DNA from: Trichormus sp. ATA11-4-KO1
Lineage (GTDB): Bacteria; Cyanobacteriota; Cyanobacteriia; Cyanobacteriales; Nostocaceae
Assembly: GCA_019358915.1 (NCBI GenBank)
Contig: JAHHIM010000036.1
Span: 288,001 to 352,000, forward strand
Length of the DNA stretch: 64,000 nt
Reading direction: 5' to 3'
Shown here one piece after another: positions 1 to 9,975 of this stretch (its first letter is position 1; the number at the start of each line of letters is the position of its first letter). Below the pieces are notes generated by a model, which had not been told where the DNA came from, did not search any database, and worked only from the letters and a program-made list of their open reading frames with translations. Made by a program: the position numbers and the translations under genes.

Positions 1-766
1 GAAACACCCGACGCTCTTGATCTAGCGAAGCCAATCGCTCACTCATGCGGTTTAGCTCCGCCGCCAACTGATCTAACTCATTGTTTTCACGGATATCAAG
101 TTTATCGCCAAAATGACCACTGCCCAAACGAATCGCAAAGTTACGCATGGTTTCAATCGGTTTTGACAGCCGGCGAGCAAAATGAGTACTGATCAGCGCA
201 CATAGTAAGATTGTCAGCGATAGCGTCCCCAAAACACTCCAAATTACTCTAGTGAATTGATACTGGAGCTGATCTAGAGTGATAGACATTCGCAGTACAC
301 CCAGTAGTTGACCGTTCCTCACAATTGGTCTAGCGACATAAAGGCGATCTTCGGTTGATAAAACTCCTTTTGCCACACCTTGTTGCGGTCGATTTTGCAG
401 AGCTTCCCGCATACCAGGAACGTTGTACCAGTCTGTAACTTCTTGATCTCGCTGTGGATCAGAAGTGGCTAGCAGACGACCTTGTTGATTAAAAATGCGT
501 AGCGTCACATTTTGTGGCGCACCATAACGCTGCACCAGTACTTCTACCTGCTGAAGATTTTTTTGTGCTAAAGCATCTGCTGCACTCTGGCTCAACCCAC
601 TTGCCCAGTTTTTCAAATCCGTCTGTCGTGTTTCCATGAAGTAGGCATGGAATGACCACAAAATGTAGCCTGCCATTAAGGATGTCCCCAAGGTTGTCAG
701 TAGCAGGTATGTGGCTAACAGTTTGGTATGAATGGAATTCAATTTTATACCAGGCAACCAGTCCAT
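1..766 (-). CDS. Membrane sensor histidine kinase, N-terminal part (TM-sensor-TM-HAMP); runs off the window
   Basis: Not in the ORF track. Hand translation from ATG at 766 gives MDWLPGIKLNSIHTKLLATYLLLTTLG...ARRLSKPIETMRNFAIRLGSGHFGDKLDIRENNELDQLAAELNRMSERL, a typical HAMP signature. Lies 10 bp downstream of a response regulator. Confidence 0.9.
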   Translation of the reverse strand, partial: MDWLPGIKLNSIHTKLLATYLLLTTLGTSLMAGYILWSFHAYFMETRQTDLKNWASGLSQSAADALAQKNLQQVEVLVQRYGAPQNVTLRIFNQQGRLLATSDPQRDQEVTDWYNVPGMREALQNRPQQGVAKGVLSTEDRLYVARPIVRNGQLLGVLRMSITLDQLQYQFTRVIWSVLGTLSLTILLCALISTHFARRLSKPIETMRNFAIRLGSGHFGDKLDIRENNELDQLAAELNRMSERLASLDQERRVF

Positions 767-775
767 AATTTCAGA

Positions 776-1144
776 CTAATCCCCAGAACGACGGCGCAAC
801 ACTGCTTTTATGCGTGCCAGCAGTTCACGGGTGTTGAAAGGCTTGGTAACATAATCATCGGCTCCTGCTTCCAAGCCCCAAATTTTATCAATATCCTGAT
901 CTTTGGCTGTTAGCATGACGATGGGAATATCCGAAAATGCCCGGATTCGCCAACAGACTTCCATACCACTAACCTCCGGCAACATGAGGTCGAGCAAAAT
1001 TACATTTGGGACTTCTTTGTGGAACTGTTTGATGGCACTATGCCCATCTGCTGCTGTTGTTACTGTATAACCTTCTTTTTGCAGCGTGTAGGTCAGGCTT
1101 TCTCGTAGGGGTGCTTCATCATCCACCAGTAAGATGTGCGGCAT
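776..1144 (-). CDS. Response regulator, receiver domain only (OmpR-like receiver)
   Basis: ILLVDDE, LLDLMLP, MLTAK and GADDYVTKPF motifs; 122 aa with no output domain. Confidence 0.9.
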   Translation of the reverse strand: MPHILLVDDEAPLRESLTYTLQKEGYTVTTAADGHSAIKQFHKEVPNVILLDLMLPEVSGMEVCWRIRAFSDIPIVMLTAKDQDIDKIWGLEAGADDYVTKPFNTRELLARIKAVLRRRSGD

Positions 1145-1262
1145 GTTACATCAGATTAACTTCTAGCTTTAGCCTGTCAAGGAGTTGCTTTTCTGGCATC
1201 CATCTCAGGTTATAAAGACAAAATGAGATGTGCTAATTGGTTGCTTGCTTGAGCTTGAAAGG

Positions 1263-1292
1263 AACGCGGATGAACGCTGATTAACGCAGATG
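1263..1292 (+). repeat. Tandem 10-mer array (AACGCAGATG-like x3) just 3' of the GxxExxY gene
   Basis: aacgcggatg aacgctgatt aacgcagatg. Confidence 0.85.
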
Positions 1293-1295
1293 GGT

Positions 1296-1685
1296 TTAAA
1301 AATTACGGACAACACGCTTTATTTCTACCTTGGGATTACCAAAATTAATTAATAGACATAGAGTAAGTCCAGTTGCTTTAAGATAGTTCATACATTGGGC
1401 AAAATGCCTATTATCTAGTGCTGTTACTGCTTTTAACTCCACAATAATAGCTTCCTCCACCAACAAATCAGCCCTGTAGTTGCCCACAACTATACCGTCA
1501 TACCAAACTTCTAGCATTTTTTGTTGCTCAACCAACAAAGTAGATTTCCGTAACTCATACACTAGCGCATTTTCATAAACCGCCTCCAAAAAACCAACCC
1601 CCAAAGTATTACCCACCTTAAAAGCACACCCAATAACCTTCTCCGTAATCCTATTCAACTCCAATCTGCGTCCATCCGCGTTCAT
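1296..1685 (-). CDS. GxxExxY family protein (PD-(D/E)XK nuclease-like fold)
   Basis: GFLEAVY = GxxExxY; ADLLVE..IIVELK; NYLKATG..LLINFG. Likely start is ATG 1685; the ORF track extends to 1754 through repeats. Confidence 0.9.
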   Translation of the reverse strand: MNADGRRLELNRITEKVIGCAFKVGNTLGVGFLEAVYENALVYELRKSTLLVEQQKMLEVWYDGIVVGNYRADLLVEEAIIVELKAVTALDNRHFAQCMNYLKATGLTLCLLINFGNPKVEIKRVVRNF

Positions 1686-1772
1686 CTGCGTTCCCCCCAA
1701 TAAAAACAAAAACAGCAAATGTACGCAACCAAACACCAAATTATCCGCGTACATCTGCGTACATCTGCGTTC
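1664..1772 (-). repeat. Two arrays of the same 10-mer in inverted orientation (1664-1692, 1743-1772)
   Basis: atctgcgtccatccgcgttcatctgcgtt and atccgcgtacatctgcgtacatctgcgttc are reverse complements of the 1263-1292 unit. Confidence 0.85.
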
Positions 1773-1781
1773 TAAAAATCC

Positions 1782-3995
1782 TTAATGCACTAACTCAATA
1801 GCCCGCTTTGTCAACGCCTCCGCAGTCAACCCATTAAACGCCATCAACTCACCTGCACTCGCTGTAGTTTCCCCACGCTTCCAGGCGAAAGTATCACGCT
1901 TGCAATTACTGCGTAACATAATTGGTTCCAGCATCGCGGCTGCACCACCAGTCACACCAATTAAGGCATTACCATCAAACAATTCGGCAAATTTGGCATC
2001 ATCCATAAACCCACCATCGGGTTCTGAACAAGTTTCCCAAGCAGTATCATCAGGACGATACAAACGGCGAGGATTAATAATAGAAATTATCTTCACACCA
2101 ATACCTTCAGTTTCTAAGAAAGCCGCCGCTTCAAATACTGGCATTAATGTCATATCACCTATGACTGCAAACACAACTTGTTGGTCACCAGGAACTTCAT
2201 GCAACAATACTGCACCATCTTTTAAGCCTTGATGTGTTTGTTTTAAAGTTGTGCGAATTGGTAACGGTGATTTACTCGCTGTAATTACAATTCCCTTATT
2301 CTTAGTTTTTAATGCCCAGTCATAACAAACTTGGATACTGTTAGCATCAGGGGGAAATAATGGGAATATATTTCCATTTCTCATCAATGAAGCAAAGTAA
2401 GCTTCAATTTCGGGGCGTTGGTGTGTCCAACCGTTGCGCCCTTGTTCTAACGCACCGGCTGTAAATAATGTGATTGTGGAGGGTGTTTGACGGCGTAATT
2501 CTGCCATTGCTTGGATGACTGTTTGCCAAATTGGTAAACCGTTGATAGCAAAAGATTCGTAAGAACACCATAAAGTTCTCGCACCCATTAAGGCTAAACC
2601 AGCTGCTAAGCCTGCACAAGCATCTTCACTTAAAGGTTCATAAACTTGTCCATTTGGTGCTTGGTTATATAAATCATCGACTGTGGGGTGAATAATTTTT
2701 AATGCTTGGTTGATGTTAGCAATTCCCGATGCTTCGTTACCGTCGGCGTTGGTGACTAAGAAGTTACTATCTTTTTTACCGACAATTCCCACTAATCTAC
2801 CCATTGCGGTTGTTGCAACTTTGGGATCTCCACCGACTGTATATTCTTCTAATGGTAATTCGCCTAATTCTGGTAGTGGTAATTCAAATTCTGTAACTAC
2901 TGTTTTGGCTGCTGGGCCTCCGCCTGCGCGTTCGGCGTTGGTGCGGACTAATTGCCAAGCTTCCACAGGTAAAGCACGTTCTTGTAATGCACTGATAATG
3001 TGGGGTGCATCCAATGTATCTTTGGGATACAAGTTGTGAGATTTAGAACCCCGTGCGTGAACTCCTGCACCTTTGAGTTGTTTAATAATGAATACGGTCA
3101 ACTGTCCATTTAAGGCTGAATGGGCGGCTTTATCCATACCCAAAAGTACAGCTTTGGTAAAGGCTAGGCGTTGCTCGAAGGAAAAGGCGGTATTATCAAC
3201 ATAATCTCCTGGTTGGTTTTGATCGTCAAAGTCTTTGGCATCTACCAACACGACTTCTGCAAAACCGTTTCCTTGCCAGTATGCTTGCATCTCTGCATTG
3301 GTTTTCAGGGAAACCATACTGTGATGTTCTTGGCTGTAACCATTCCACACCAGCACGGGTAAGAAGTTGGTGACACTGGGATAAGCAGTGTTGAAGTGTG
3401 CCATGGAACTCATAATATATGGTTCACCCAATCCACCATCGCCCACAGTAAAGGGGAATAATTTGTCTTGGTGTAACAAGGCGGCGGCCATGGCAAAGTG
3501 TTGTCCTTGTCCTAAGGGGCCGGCTGGTGCCAGAATACCGGGGATGTAACCAGAAAGGTGTCCTAAAAGTCCATGCTTTTCTCGGAAGCGATCGCGCAAT
3601 TGTTGGACTGTAAAAATTCCCATGTCTTCTAAGGAACGATCCAAAAACATGGCACTATAGAATCCAGGGGCATGGTGTCCCACTTCGGTAATGATATTCT
3701 TATGACCCAGCATGACCAATGCTGCATAAGCTTCTGCTTGACTGGCAAAACCGCCTGGGTGTCCAGAGGCTTTACTCCCAGTGACTTGCAACGTGAGGTA
3801 GCGGAGGGCATCGGCAGCAAGCAAGGTTTGATAGACTGCCACTGGATCTGTAGGATCTGCGATCGCTATTTTGCCAGACTCTATAGCAGGTGTTGCACCA
3901 TAAGTTTCAAAGCCTTGTAGCGCTTCACTAAAATATTGAATTCCTTCACAAAAATTAGGAAGCGCTGAAGATGCTTTTGATGTCATTACTGTCAT
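1782..3995 (-). CDS. TPP-dependent phosphoketolase/transketolase-like enzyme
   Basis: GHPGG, GHHAPG, GPLGQG, TPP motif VGDGGLGE..N, LSEDACAG, NGWTHQRP. Start at ATG 3995 or 3986. Confidence 0.85.
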   Translation of the reverse strand: MTVMTSKASSALPNFCEGIQYFSEALQGFETYGATPAIESGKIAIADPTDPVAVYQTLLAADALRYLTLQVTGSKASGHPGGFASQAEAYAALVMLGHKNIITEVGHHAPGFYSAMFLDRSLEDMGIFTVQQLRDRFREKHGLLGHLSGYIPGILAPAGPLGQGQHFAMAAALLHQDKLFPFTVGDGGLGEPYIMSSMAHFNTAYPSVTNFLPVLVWNGYSQEHHSMVSLKTNAEMQAYWQGNGFAEVVLVDAKDFDDQNQPGDYVDNTAFSFEQRLAFTKAVLLGMDKAAHSALNGQLTVFIIKQLKGAGVHARGSKSHNLYPKDTLDAPHIISALQERALPVEAWQLVRTNAERAGGGPAAKTVVTEFELPLPELGELPLEEYTVGGDPKVATTAMGRLVGIVGKKDSNFLVTNADGNEASGIANINQALKIIHPTVDDLYNQAPNGQVYEPLSEDACAGLAAGLALMGARTLWCSYESFAINGLPIWQTVIQAMAELRRQTPSTITLFTAGALEQGRNGWTHQRPEIEAYFASLMRNGNIFPLFPPDANSIQVCYDWALKTKNKGIVITASKSPLPIRTTLKQTHQGLKDGAVLLHEVPGDQQVVFAVIGDMTLMPVFEAAAFLETEGIGVKIISIINPRRLYRPDDTAWETCSEPDGGFMDDAKFAELFDGNALIGVTGGAAAMLEPIMLRSNCKRDTFAWKRGETTASAGELMAFNGLTAEALTKRAIELVH

Positions 3996-4166
3996 GCTGA
4001 GTACCTTATAAAAAGAGAGCAAACTGTAGATGCTTGATGAATTTAACAAAAATTTTACATCTTTAAGGTTGTCAAGGTTTATTGCTTTTTCACAAGGTTA
4101 GGATAAGTAGTTTAAATAGCTGATATCTTGTAGCCGCCCCATATATCACCCAGAAATTGATTATTA

Positions 4167-4196
4167 GCCTGATGTTTCTCACATCAGGCAGTTTTT
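4167..4196 (+). terminator. Rho-independent terminator-like hairpin in a divergent intergenic region
   Basis: GCCTGATGT-ttctc-ACATCAGGC followed by AGTTTTT. Confidence 0.5.
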
Positions 4197-4403
4197 GCTA
4201 CTGGTGCCAGATATAACTAGTTACGTTCTGGGGAATGCCCATTTTACAGCTATTGAAAATGGTGTTGTTGTCTGTCCCTGCGCCATAGGGGTTTGTTTTT
4301 GCCAGATAGCTTTTTCGCTAAATCCTTCTGAGGATTCATGTAAAAGATGATGAATCTCAGAAAAATGAACATTAATTCTTAGCGATCAGCTATCAAATTA
4401 ATC

Positions 4404-5756
4404 ATGAAATTACCTAATGAACTATGCACCCCAGCATGGCTACAAACTCTGCAATTAATTGCTCAACCTACAAAATTTTTAGAAACTTGTGCTGCTAAAT
4501 ATGGTGATATATTTACAGTGCGAGTATTAGGTTTTAACTCACCACCGCTAGTATTTTTTAGTCATCCCCAGGCGATTAGTGATTGTTTTGCCATACCTGC
4601 CAAACAATTGGATTTTCAGCAGGCAACTCATGTATTTAAACCCTTATTTGGCGAAAATTCAATTGTATTTCAAGACGAGCGATCGCATAATCGTCAACGA
4701 CAGTTATTAATGCCACATTTTCATGGCGATCGCCTGAAAAATTACGGAGAAGTGATTTGTGAAATTACTAAGAATACAACAAAAAATTGGCTAACTGGTA
4801 CAAAAATTTCTATGCAGAAAATTATGCCCGATATTACTTTACAAATTATCTTACAGGTAGTATTTGGCATTAGTTCTGGTATTCGTTATCAGAGGCTCAA
4901 AAATTATCTCAGTTCTTTGTTAGAAGATATAACTAAACCGTGGTATTCCAGTTTGTTTTTTTTTACACCTCTGCAACAAGATTTGGGTGCATGGAGTCCT
5001 TGGGGAAATTTCCAAAGAAGGCGAGAACAAATTGATAATCTGATTTATGCAGAAATTTCCGAAAGACGTTGGCAAAATAATGCTGTACGTACAGATATTC
5101 TCAGTTTGCTGATGTCCGCACGTGACGAGAATGGACAGCAAATGACAGATAAAGAATTACGCGACCAATTAATTTCATTACTGCTTTTAGGTTACGAAAC
5201 AACAGCATCCGTCTTAACCTGGGCATTTTATTTAATTCATTCCCACCCAGATGTTAAAAATCAGCTAATGCAGGAATTAAATGTTTTGGGCGATACAACA
5301 AACCCAGAAGCAATAGCACGATTACCATACCTAAATGCTGTTTGTCAAGAAACACTAAGAATTTACCCCATTGCTTTAATTTGCACACCACGAATGGTCA
5401 AGGAAACAGTAGAAATTATCGGCAATAAATTTACATCAGGAACAGTTTTAGTTCCCTGTATTTATTTAGCCCATCGTCGCTTTGAAACTTACCCAGAACC
5501 CAAAAAATATCAACCAACAAGATTTATCCAGCAGAAATTTTCACCTTATGAATATTTACCCTTTGGTGGTGGTTATCGTGGTTGTATCGGTGCAGCCTTT
5601 TCTATGTACGAAATGAAACTAGTGTTAGCTACATTATTAACGCAGTTTCAATTAATATTGGCAGACAAATGTCCAGTCTATCCTGTACGTCGAGGTATTA
5701 CTATTGTTCCTAGTGGTGGTGTACCAATGATTGTTATCAAAAAAAATGCTGAGTAA
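4404..5756 (+). CDS. Cytochrome P450 (CYP110-like)
   Basis: I-helix GYETT, ExxR (ETLR), heme motif FGGGYRGCIG. Confidence 0.95.
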   Translation: MKLPNELCTPAWLQTLQLIAQPTKFLETCAAKYGDIFTVRVLGFNSPPLVFFSHPQAISDCFAIPAKQLDFQQATHVFKPLFGENSIVFQDERSHNRQRQLLMPHFHGDRLKNYGEVICEITKNTTKNWLTGTKISMQKIMPDITLQIILQVVFGISSGIRYQRLKNYLSSLLEDITKPWYSSLFFFTPLQQDLGAWSPWGNFQRRREQIDNLIYAEISERRWQNNAVRTDILSLLMSARDENGQQMTDKELRDQLISLLLLGYETTASVLTWAFYLIHSHPDVKNQLMQELNVLGDTTNPEAIARLPYLNAVCQETLRIYPIALICTPRMVKETVEIIGNKFTSGTVLVPCIYLAHRRFETYPEPKKYQPTRFIQQKFSPYEYLPFGGGYRGCIGAAFSMYEMKLVLATLLTQFQLILADKCPVYPVRRGITIVPSGGVPMIVIKKNAE

Positions 5757-5780
5757 TGAAGGAAGTACAAAAGTATCTAA

Positions 5781-5827
5781 AATCATTTAATCACGTCAAA
5801 GGGCAGCTTTGACGTGATTAAATGATT
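5781..5827. terminator. Perfect 21-bp inverted repeat after the P450 gene
   Basis: AATCATTTAATCACGTCAAAG-ggcag-CTTTGACGTGATTAAATGATT. Confidence 0.6.
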
Positions 5828-6002
5828 CGACTTTATCAGCAATTCTACAAATTTGAAATAGCCAAGTAAAATTTCTCAGGCCAGCAAGGACTATGTATTT
5901 TGTTTTGATATACTCATATTTGCATATATCTTATTATAGATACGGTCTTGAGTGTCCAGAGTTTACATTAACCAGTAATAGGACTTATGAGAGTAAAATT
6001 TC

Positions 6003-6761
6003 ATGCCAGATAACCAAAGCTTTGAAGAACAATTTCTATCACAGGAAGCTGAACGCAGGCTATCTAACAAACTAGATGAAGCTGAACAAATTGATATAGA
6101 TGTAAAAACTGATATGTTGAAAATTGTTCAGGGACAGGCAAATGAGGTTTCGGTTACAGGTCAAGGATTAGTAATACAAAAAAACATCCGTGTGCAGCAA
6201 ATAAGACTGCAAACAGATAGCATTGCGATCAATCCTTTAAGGGCTATTTTTGGTCAAATTGAACTGAATGAGCCAGTAAATGCGGTTGCTCGTATTGTAC
6301 TCACAGAAGTAGATATTAACCGTGCCTTGACCTCAGACTTCACTCGCAGCTTAGTAGAAAAGTTTAACTTAAATATAGATGGCGAAGTTATCAGCTTTGT
6401 ACCGCAACATATTCAAGTATTTTTACCTGGAGATGGCAAAATCCAAGTTGAGGCAAAAGTACTACTAAAAGCACAGGAAAATACTCACCTTTTAGGTGCC
6501 AGAGTCATCGTACATCCACGAACTAATTCCCAACCCATTATGTTAGAAAGTGTCACCTGTACTGAAGGCAAGGGAATTTCGATAGAATTAATCTTAGCAT
6601 TCATGCATAAGGTAAAAGAGCTAGCAAGCCTCCCATATCTTGAATGGGAAGATATTGCATTTCGGATTATAGATATGGAAGTGCAAAAAGAGAGTATTAT
6701 ACTAATGATAGAAGCTAATGTGAAGCAAATATCTCCATCACAAATTGAATTCATTAATTAG
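6003..6761 (+). CDS. DUF2993 (LmeA-like) domain protein
   Basis: Recognised cyanobacterial pattern (GQA..VSVTGQGLV, IAINP..AIFGQIEL, LTEVDINRAL). Confidence 0.75.
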   Translation: MPDNQSFEEQFLSQEAERRLSNKLDEAEQIDIDVKTDMLKIVQGQANEVSVTGQGLVIQKNIRVQQIRLQTDSIAINPLRAIFGQIELNEPVNAVARIVLTEVDINRALTSDFTRSLVEKFNLNIDGEVISFVPQHIQVFLPGDGKIQVEAKVLLKAQENTHLLGARVIVHPRTNSQPIMLESVTCTEGKGISIELILAFMHKVKELASLPYLEWEDIAFRIIDMEVQKESIILMIEANVKQISPSQIEFIN

Positions 6762-6868
6762 CATAACTGGAACTAGTTAAGGCTACTAATTTTTGATAAT
6801 TGTTAATTTAGTAATTTTATATAAAAATTTATAATATTAACAAGTTACTCTATTTCAAAATTACAAAT

Positions 6869-8563
6869 ATGCAAGAGTATGATGTTGTCATGATCGGTGC
6901 AGGACATAACGGGCTAGTTTGTGCTGCTTATTTGTTGAAGGCTGGATATAGTGTCCTATTATTAGAAAAGCGACCAGTTCCAGGGGGTGCAGCAACTACC
7001 GAAGAATGCTTACCCAAAACGGCACTAGGATTTAAATTTAACTTGTGTGCTATTGACCATGAATTTATTCACTTAGGGCCAGTTGTTGCCGAATTAGAAT
7101 TGGAAAAATACGGCTTAGAATATTTGGATTGCGATCCAGTGGTTTTTTGTCCTCATCCTGATGGCAAGTATTTTTTAGCTCACAAGTCTGTAGAAAAAAC
7201 TTGTGCAGAAATCGCCCGTTACAATGAACGCGACGCTAAAAAATATGCAGAATTCACAGACTATTGGCAACGGGCAATCAACGCCATGATTCCCATGTTT
7301 AACGCGCCACCAAAGTCAATTATAGATATTTTTGGCAACTACAATATTCAAAAGTTTAAAGATTTATTTTCAGTAGTTGGTTCTCCATCTAAAAGCCTGG
7401 ATTTTGTTCGCACCATGCTTAACAGTGCTGAGGATATCCTTAACGAGTGGTTCGATGAGGAATTTTTGAAAGCACCACTTTCCCGACTAGCTTCAGAACT
7501 GGGTGCGCCGCCTTCGCAAAAAAACCTAGCCATTGGCGTGATGATGATGTCCATGCGTCACAACCCTGGTATGGCTAGACCTCGCGGCGGTACTGGGGCT
7601 TTGGTGCAAGCATTAGTTAAATTAGTTACTAGTAAAGGTGGCGTTATCTTAACAGAACAGCAGGTAGAAAAAGTATTAGTGGATGATAAAAAGGCTGTAG
7701 GTGTAAGAGTGGCAAATGGCCAAGAATATCGGGCTAAATACGGCGTGATTTCCAATATAGATGCCAAACGTCTATTTTTACAACTAATGGATACTAGCGA
7801 GGTGGATCATGCTGACCCTGAGTTGCGAGAAAGATTAGAACGTCGCATCATTAATAATAACGAAACCATCCTCAAAATAGATTTAGCTTTAGACGAACCC
7901 CTACGTTTTGCATTCCACGCTCACAAAGATGAATATCTTATTGGATCTATTTTAATTGCAGATTCAATGGCTCATGTAGAACAGGCTCATAGTCAATGTA
8001 CTTTGGGAAACATTCCTGATGCTGACCCATCAATGTACGTAGTCATGCCTAGTGCTCTCGACCCCACATTAGCACCACCAGGTAAACATACTTTGTGGAT
8101 TGAGTTTTTTGCTCCTTATCAAATAGCAGGTGCAGAAGGCACAGGTTTGCATGGTACAGGTTGGACGGATGAATTGAAAAATAAAGTTGCAGACAAAGTA
8201 ATTAATAAGTTGGCAGACTATGCACCAAATGTGAAAAAAGCAATTATTGCCCGTCGTGTAGAAAGTCCAGCAGAACTAGGTGAAAGATTAGGTGCATATA
8301 AAGGGAATTATTACCACATTGATATGACCCTAGATCAGATGGTGTTTTTCCGTCCTTTGCCAGAACTAGCTAATTATAAAACACCAATTGATAATTTATT
8401 TTTGACTGGTGCGGGGACGCATCCGGGGGGTTCAATCTCTGGAATGCCAGGACGTAACTGCGCGCGTGTATTTTTGCAGGCAAAACATCCCATGGCGCAA
8501 ACTTTGAGGGATGCCAGAGATTCGATTAAATCAACCGTATGGTCAGTATTTAGAATTGGTTAG
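6869..8563 (+). CDS. crtO: Beta-carotene ketolase CrtO (FAD-dependent, phytoene-desaturase-like)
   Basis: GAGHNGLVCAAYL FAD site, C-terminal GAGTHPGGSISGMPGRNCA, 564 aa; resembles Nostoc CrtO from recall. Confidence 0.85.
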   Translation: MQEYDVVMIGAGHNGLVCAAYLLKAGYSVLLLEKRPVPGGAATTEECLPKTALGFKFNLCAIDHEFIHLGPVVAELELEKYGLEYLDCDPVVFCPHPDGKYFLAHKSVEKTCAEIARYNERDAKKYAEFTDYWQRAINAMIPMFNAPPKSIIDIFGNYNIQKFKDLFSVVGSPSKSLDFVRTMLNSAEDILNEWFDEEFLKAPLSRLASELGAPPSQKNLAIGVMMMSMRHNPGMARPRGGTGALVQALVKLVTSKGGVILTEQQVEKVLVDDKKAVGVRVANGQEYRAKYGVISNIDAKRLFLQLMDTSEVDHADPELRERLERRIINNNETILKIDLALDEPLRFAFHAHKDEYLIGSILIADSMAHVEQAHSQCTLGNIPDADPSMYVVMPSALDPTLAPPGKHTLWIEFFAPYQIAGAEGTGLHGTGWTDELKNKVADKVINKLADYAPNVKKAIIARRVESPAELGERLGAYKGNYYHIDMTLDQMVFFRPLPELANYKTPIDNLFLTGAGTHPGGSISGMPGRNCARVFLQAKHPMAQTLRDARDSIKSTVWSVFRIG

Positions 8564-8770
8564 TGTAACTAAAAAGCTGTCATGAACTAAGTGAACTAAA
8601 TACAGTGTTACGTGTCCTGACCTCGCTACCTTGCGAATATCCGCAGTTTTTGCCACAAAATCACTCGTCAGTCCTCTCTAATTGTGTTGATTGATTAATT
8701 TTGAGGCACATTTAGGCACGAATTGCCTAAATGTGCGAATATAAAGAAAATCTTAAGAAGGACAAGACTC

Positions 8771-9007
8771 ATGGTGACTGCCAAAATGATGCAACAAATC
8801 TGGGCTGTAATCGAGTCTACCCAAGTCAGCACTTTGCTTCAGTTTGATGATGCTGCCTTAGTACAATTACTTCTCCAGAAGTTAAAAGCCCAGCAAGTGC
8901 TGGACACACAGACAGATAGCACCCTCAATACTTACATCAAATCTAAACTGCCCTTAATTCGCGATACGGCTGAAGGTAGACTATCATTTGGGCAAGGTAA
9001 TCGTTAA
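8771..9007 (+). CDS. Small conserved-looking hypothetical protein
   Basis: ATG 8771 MVTAKMMQQIWAVIE..YIKSKLPLIRD, in frame with track ORF 8723..9007. Confidence 0.7.
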   Translation: MVTAKMMQQIWAVIESTQVSTLLQFDDAALVQLLLQKLKAQQVLDTQTDSTLNTYIKSKLPLIRDTAEGRLSFGQGNR

Positions 9008-9071
9008 GTACAAGAAACGAAATAATTGCTCATGGCTAGTCATTTTCTCAGTATTTAACCAGTACAACATT

Positions 9072-9338
9072 ATGAATCACTGGCTAGTAATTTCCCTGGT
9101 AGCTTATCTAATTGGAGCAGCAATTGAAGGGGTGAGTACAGCCAGTCAGCTATCTCATTCAGCTCCAGAGTTAACTCAAGGCACACAAGACCAATCCCCA
9201 GAATCAGGCACTCCGCCTAGCTCAAGTTGGCGAGTTGTTGCCACTATTGCCTCGGTGAGTATCTGTGGCGCTTTCTGTTGGCCCTGCCGCCTGCTACACC
9301 GTTCAATTAAAGGAAATATTTCATCTAAAGATTTGTAG
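9072..9338 (+). CDS. Small hypothetical membrane protein
   Basis: ATG 9072; two hydrophobic segments separated by a polar linker. Confidence 0.55.
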   Translation: MNHWLVISLVAYLIGAAIEGVSTASQLSHSAPELTQGTQDQSPESGTPPSSSWRVVATIASVSICGAFCWPCRLLHRSIKGNISSKDL

Positions 9339-9639
9339 TGCTTCACTTGCTCTGATATTAATAAATTTCTGGATTTATATATTTTTTGTATCTTTATATA
9401 CGGTTATGTATTTTAAGTGCGTAATATAAAAGTTTAAATTTGTTAATTTTTTTTAGACTAGTGACTCTTTGATCAAAGAGTATGGTGTATTCTCAGAAGA
9501 AATTTCCCTAGTTTTGGTAAGTAGTTTGAAAATTATAGGCGATCGCTACCGTCAATAATTAAGACAAAATCGTAGCACAAATTATTACAGCAATTATTTC
9601 ACAGGCAATATTGCATATCGTCAGCAGGCACGAAGAAAA

Positions 9640-9975
9640 GGTACTAAACTTTAGGCTTGAAAGCATAAACCCGGAGTTTAATAACCTATCTTCCTGCCTA
9701 AACTCCTAAAATACCTTAAAGGTTCCCTAGCCGAGAGATTAATAGGGTACTTTGGAGTGTCCTATCACCTAGAAGCCTAAGCTGGTGAATCTACTAGACT
9801 TCTCATCACCTGTTAATACAGCAAAAATGAGATATTTACGACAGTCACAGTCAACCAACCCATAATCCGGTTAAGTAGATGTCGTTAGGTCTAGAAAAGC
9901 CCGCAATGTTTTCAGGTGTGATGCAAAGCAGGCTGAAATAGGTTCATAGGTTAAGCACTAACCTGTGACTTATGT
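9640..9975 (-). ncRNA. Candidate structured non-coding RNA, family unknown
   Basis: No ORF; at least eight nested complementary segments; TAATAT -10-like box on the minus strand at 9981-9986 (see findings). Confidence 0.4.
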
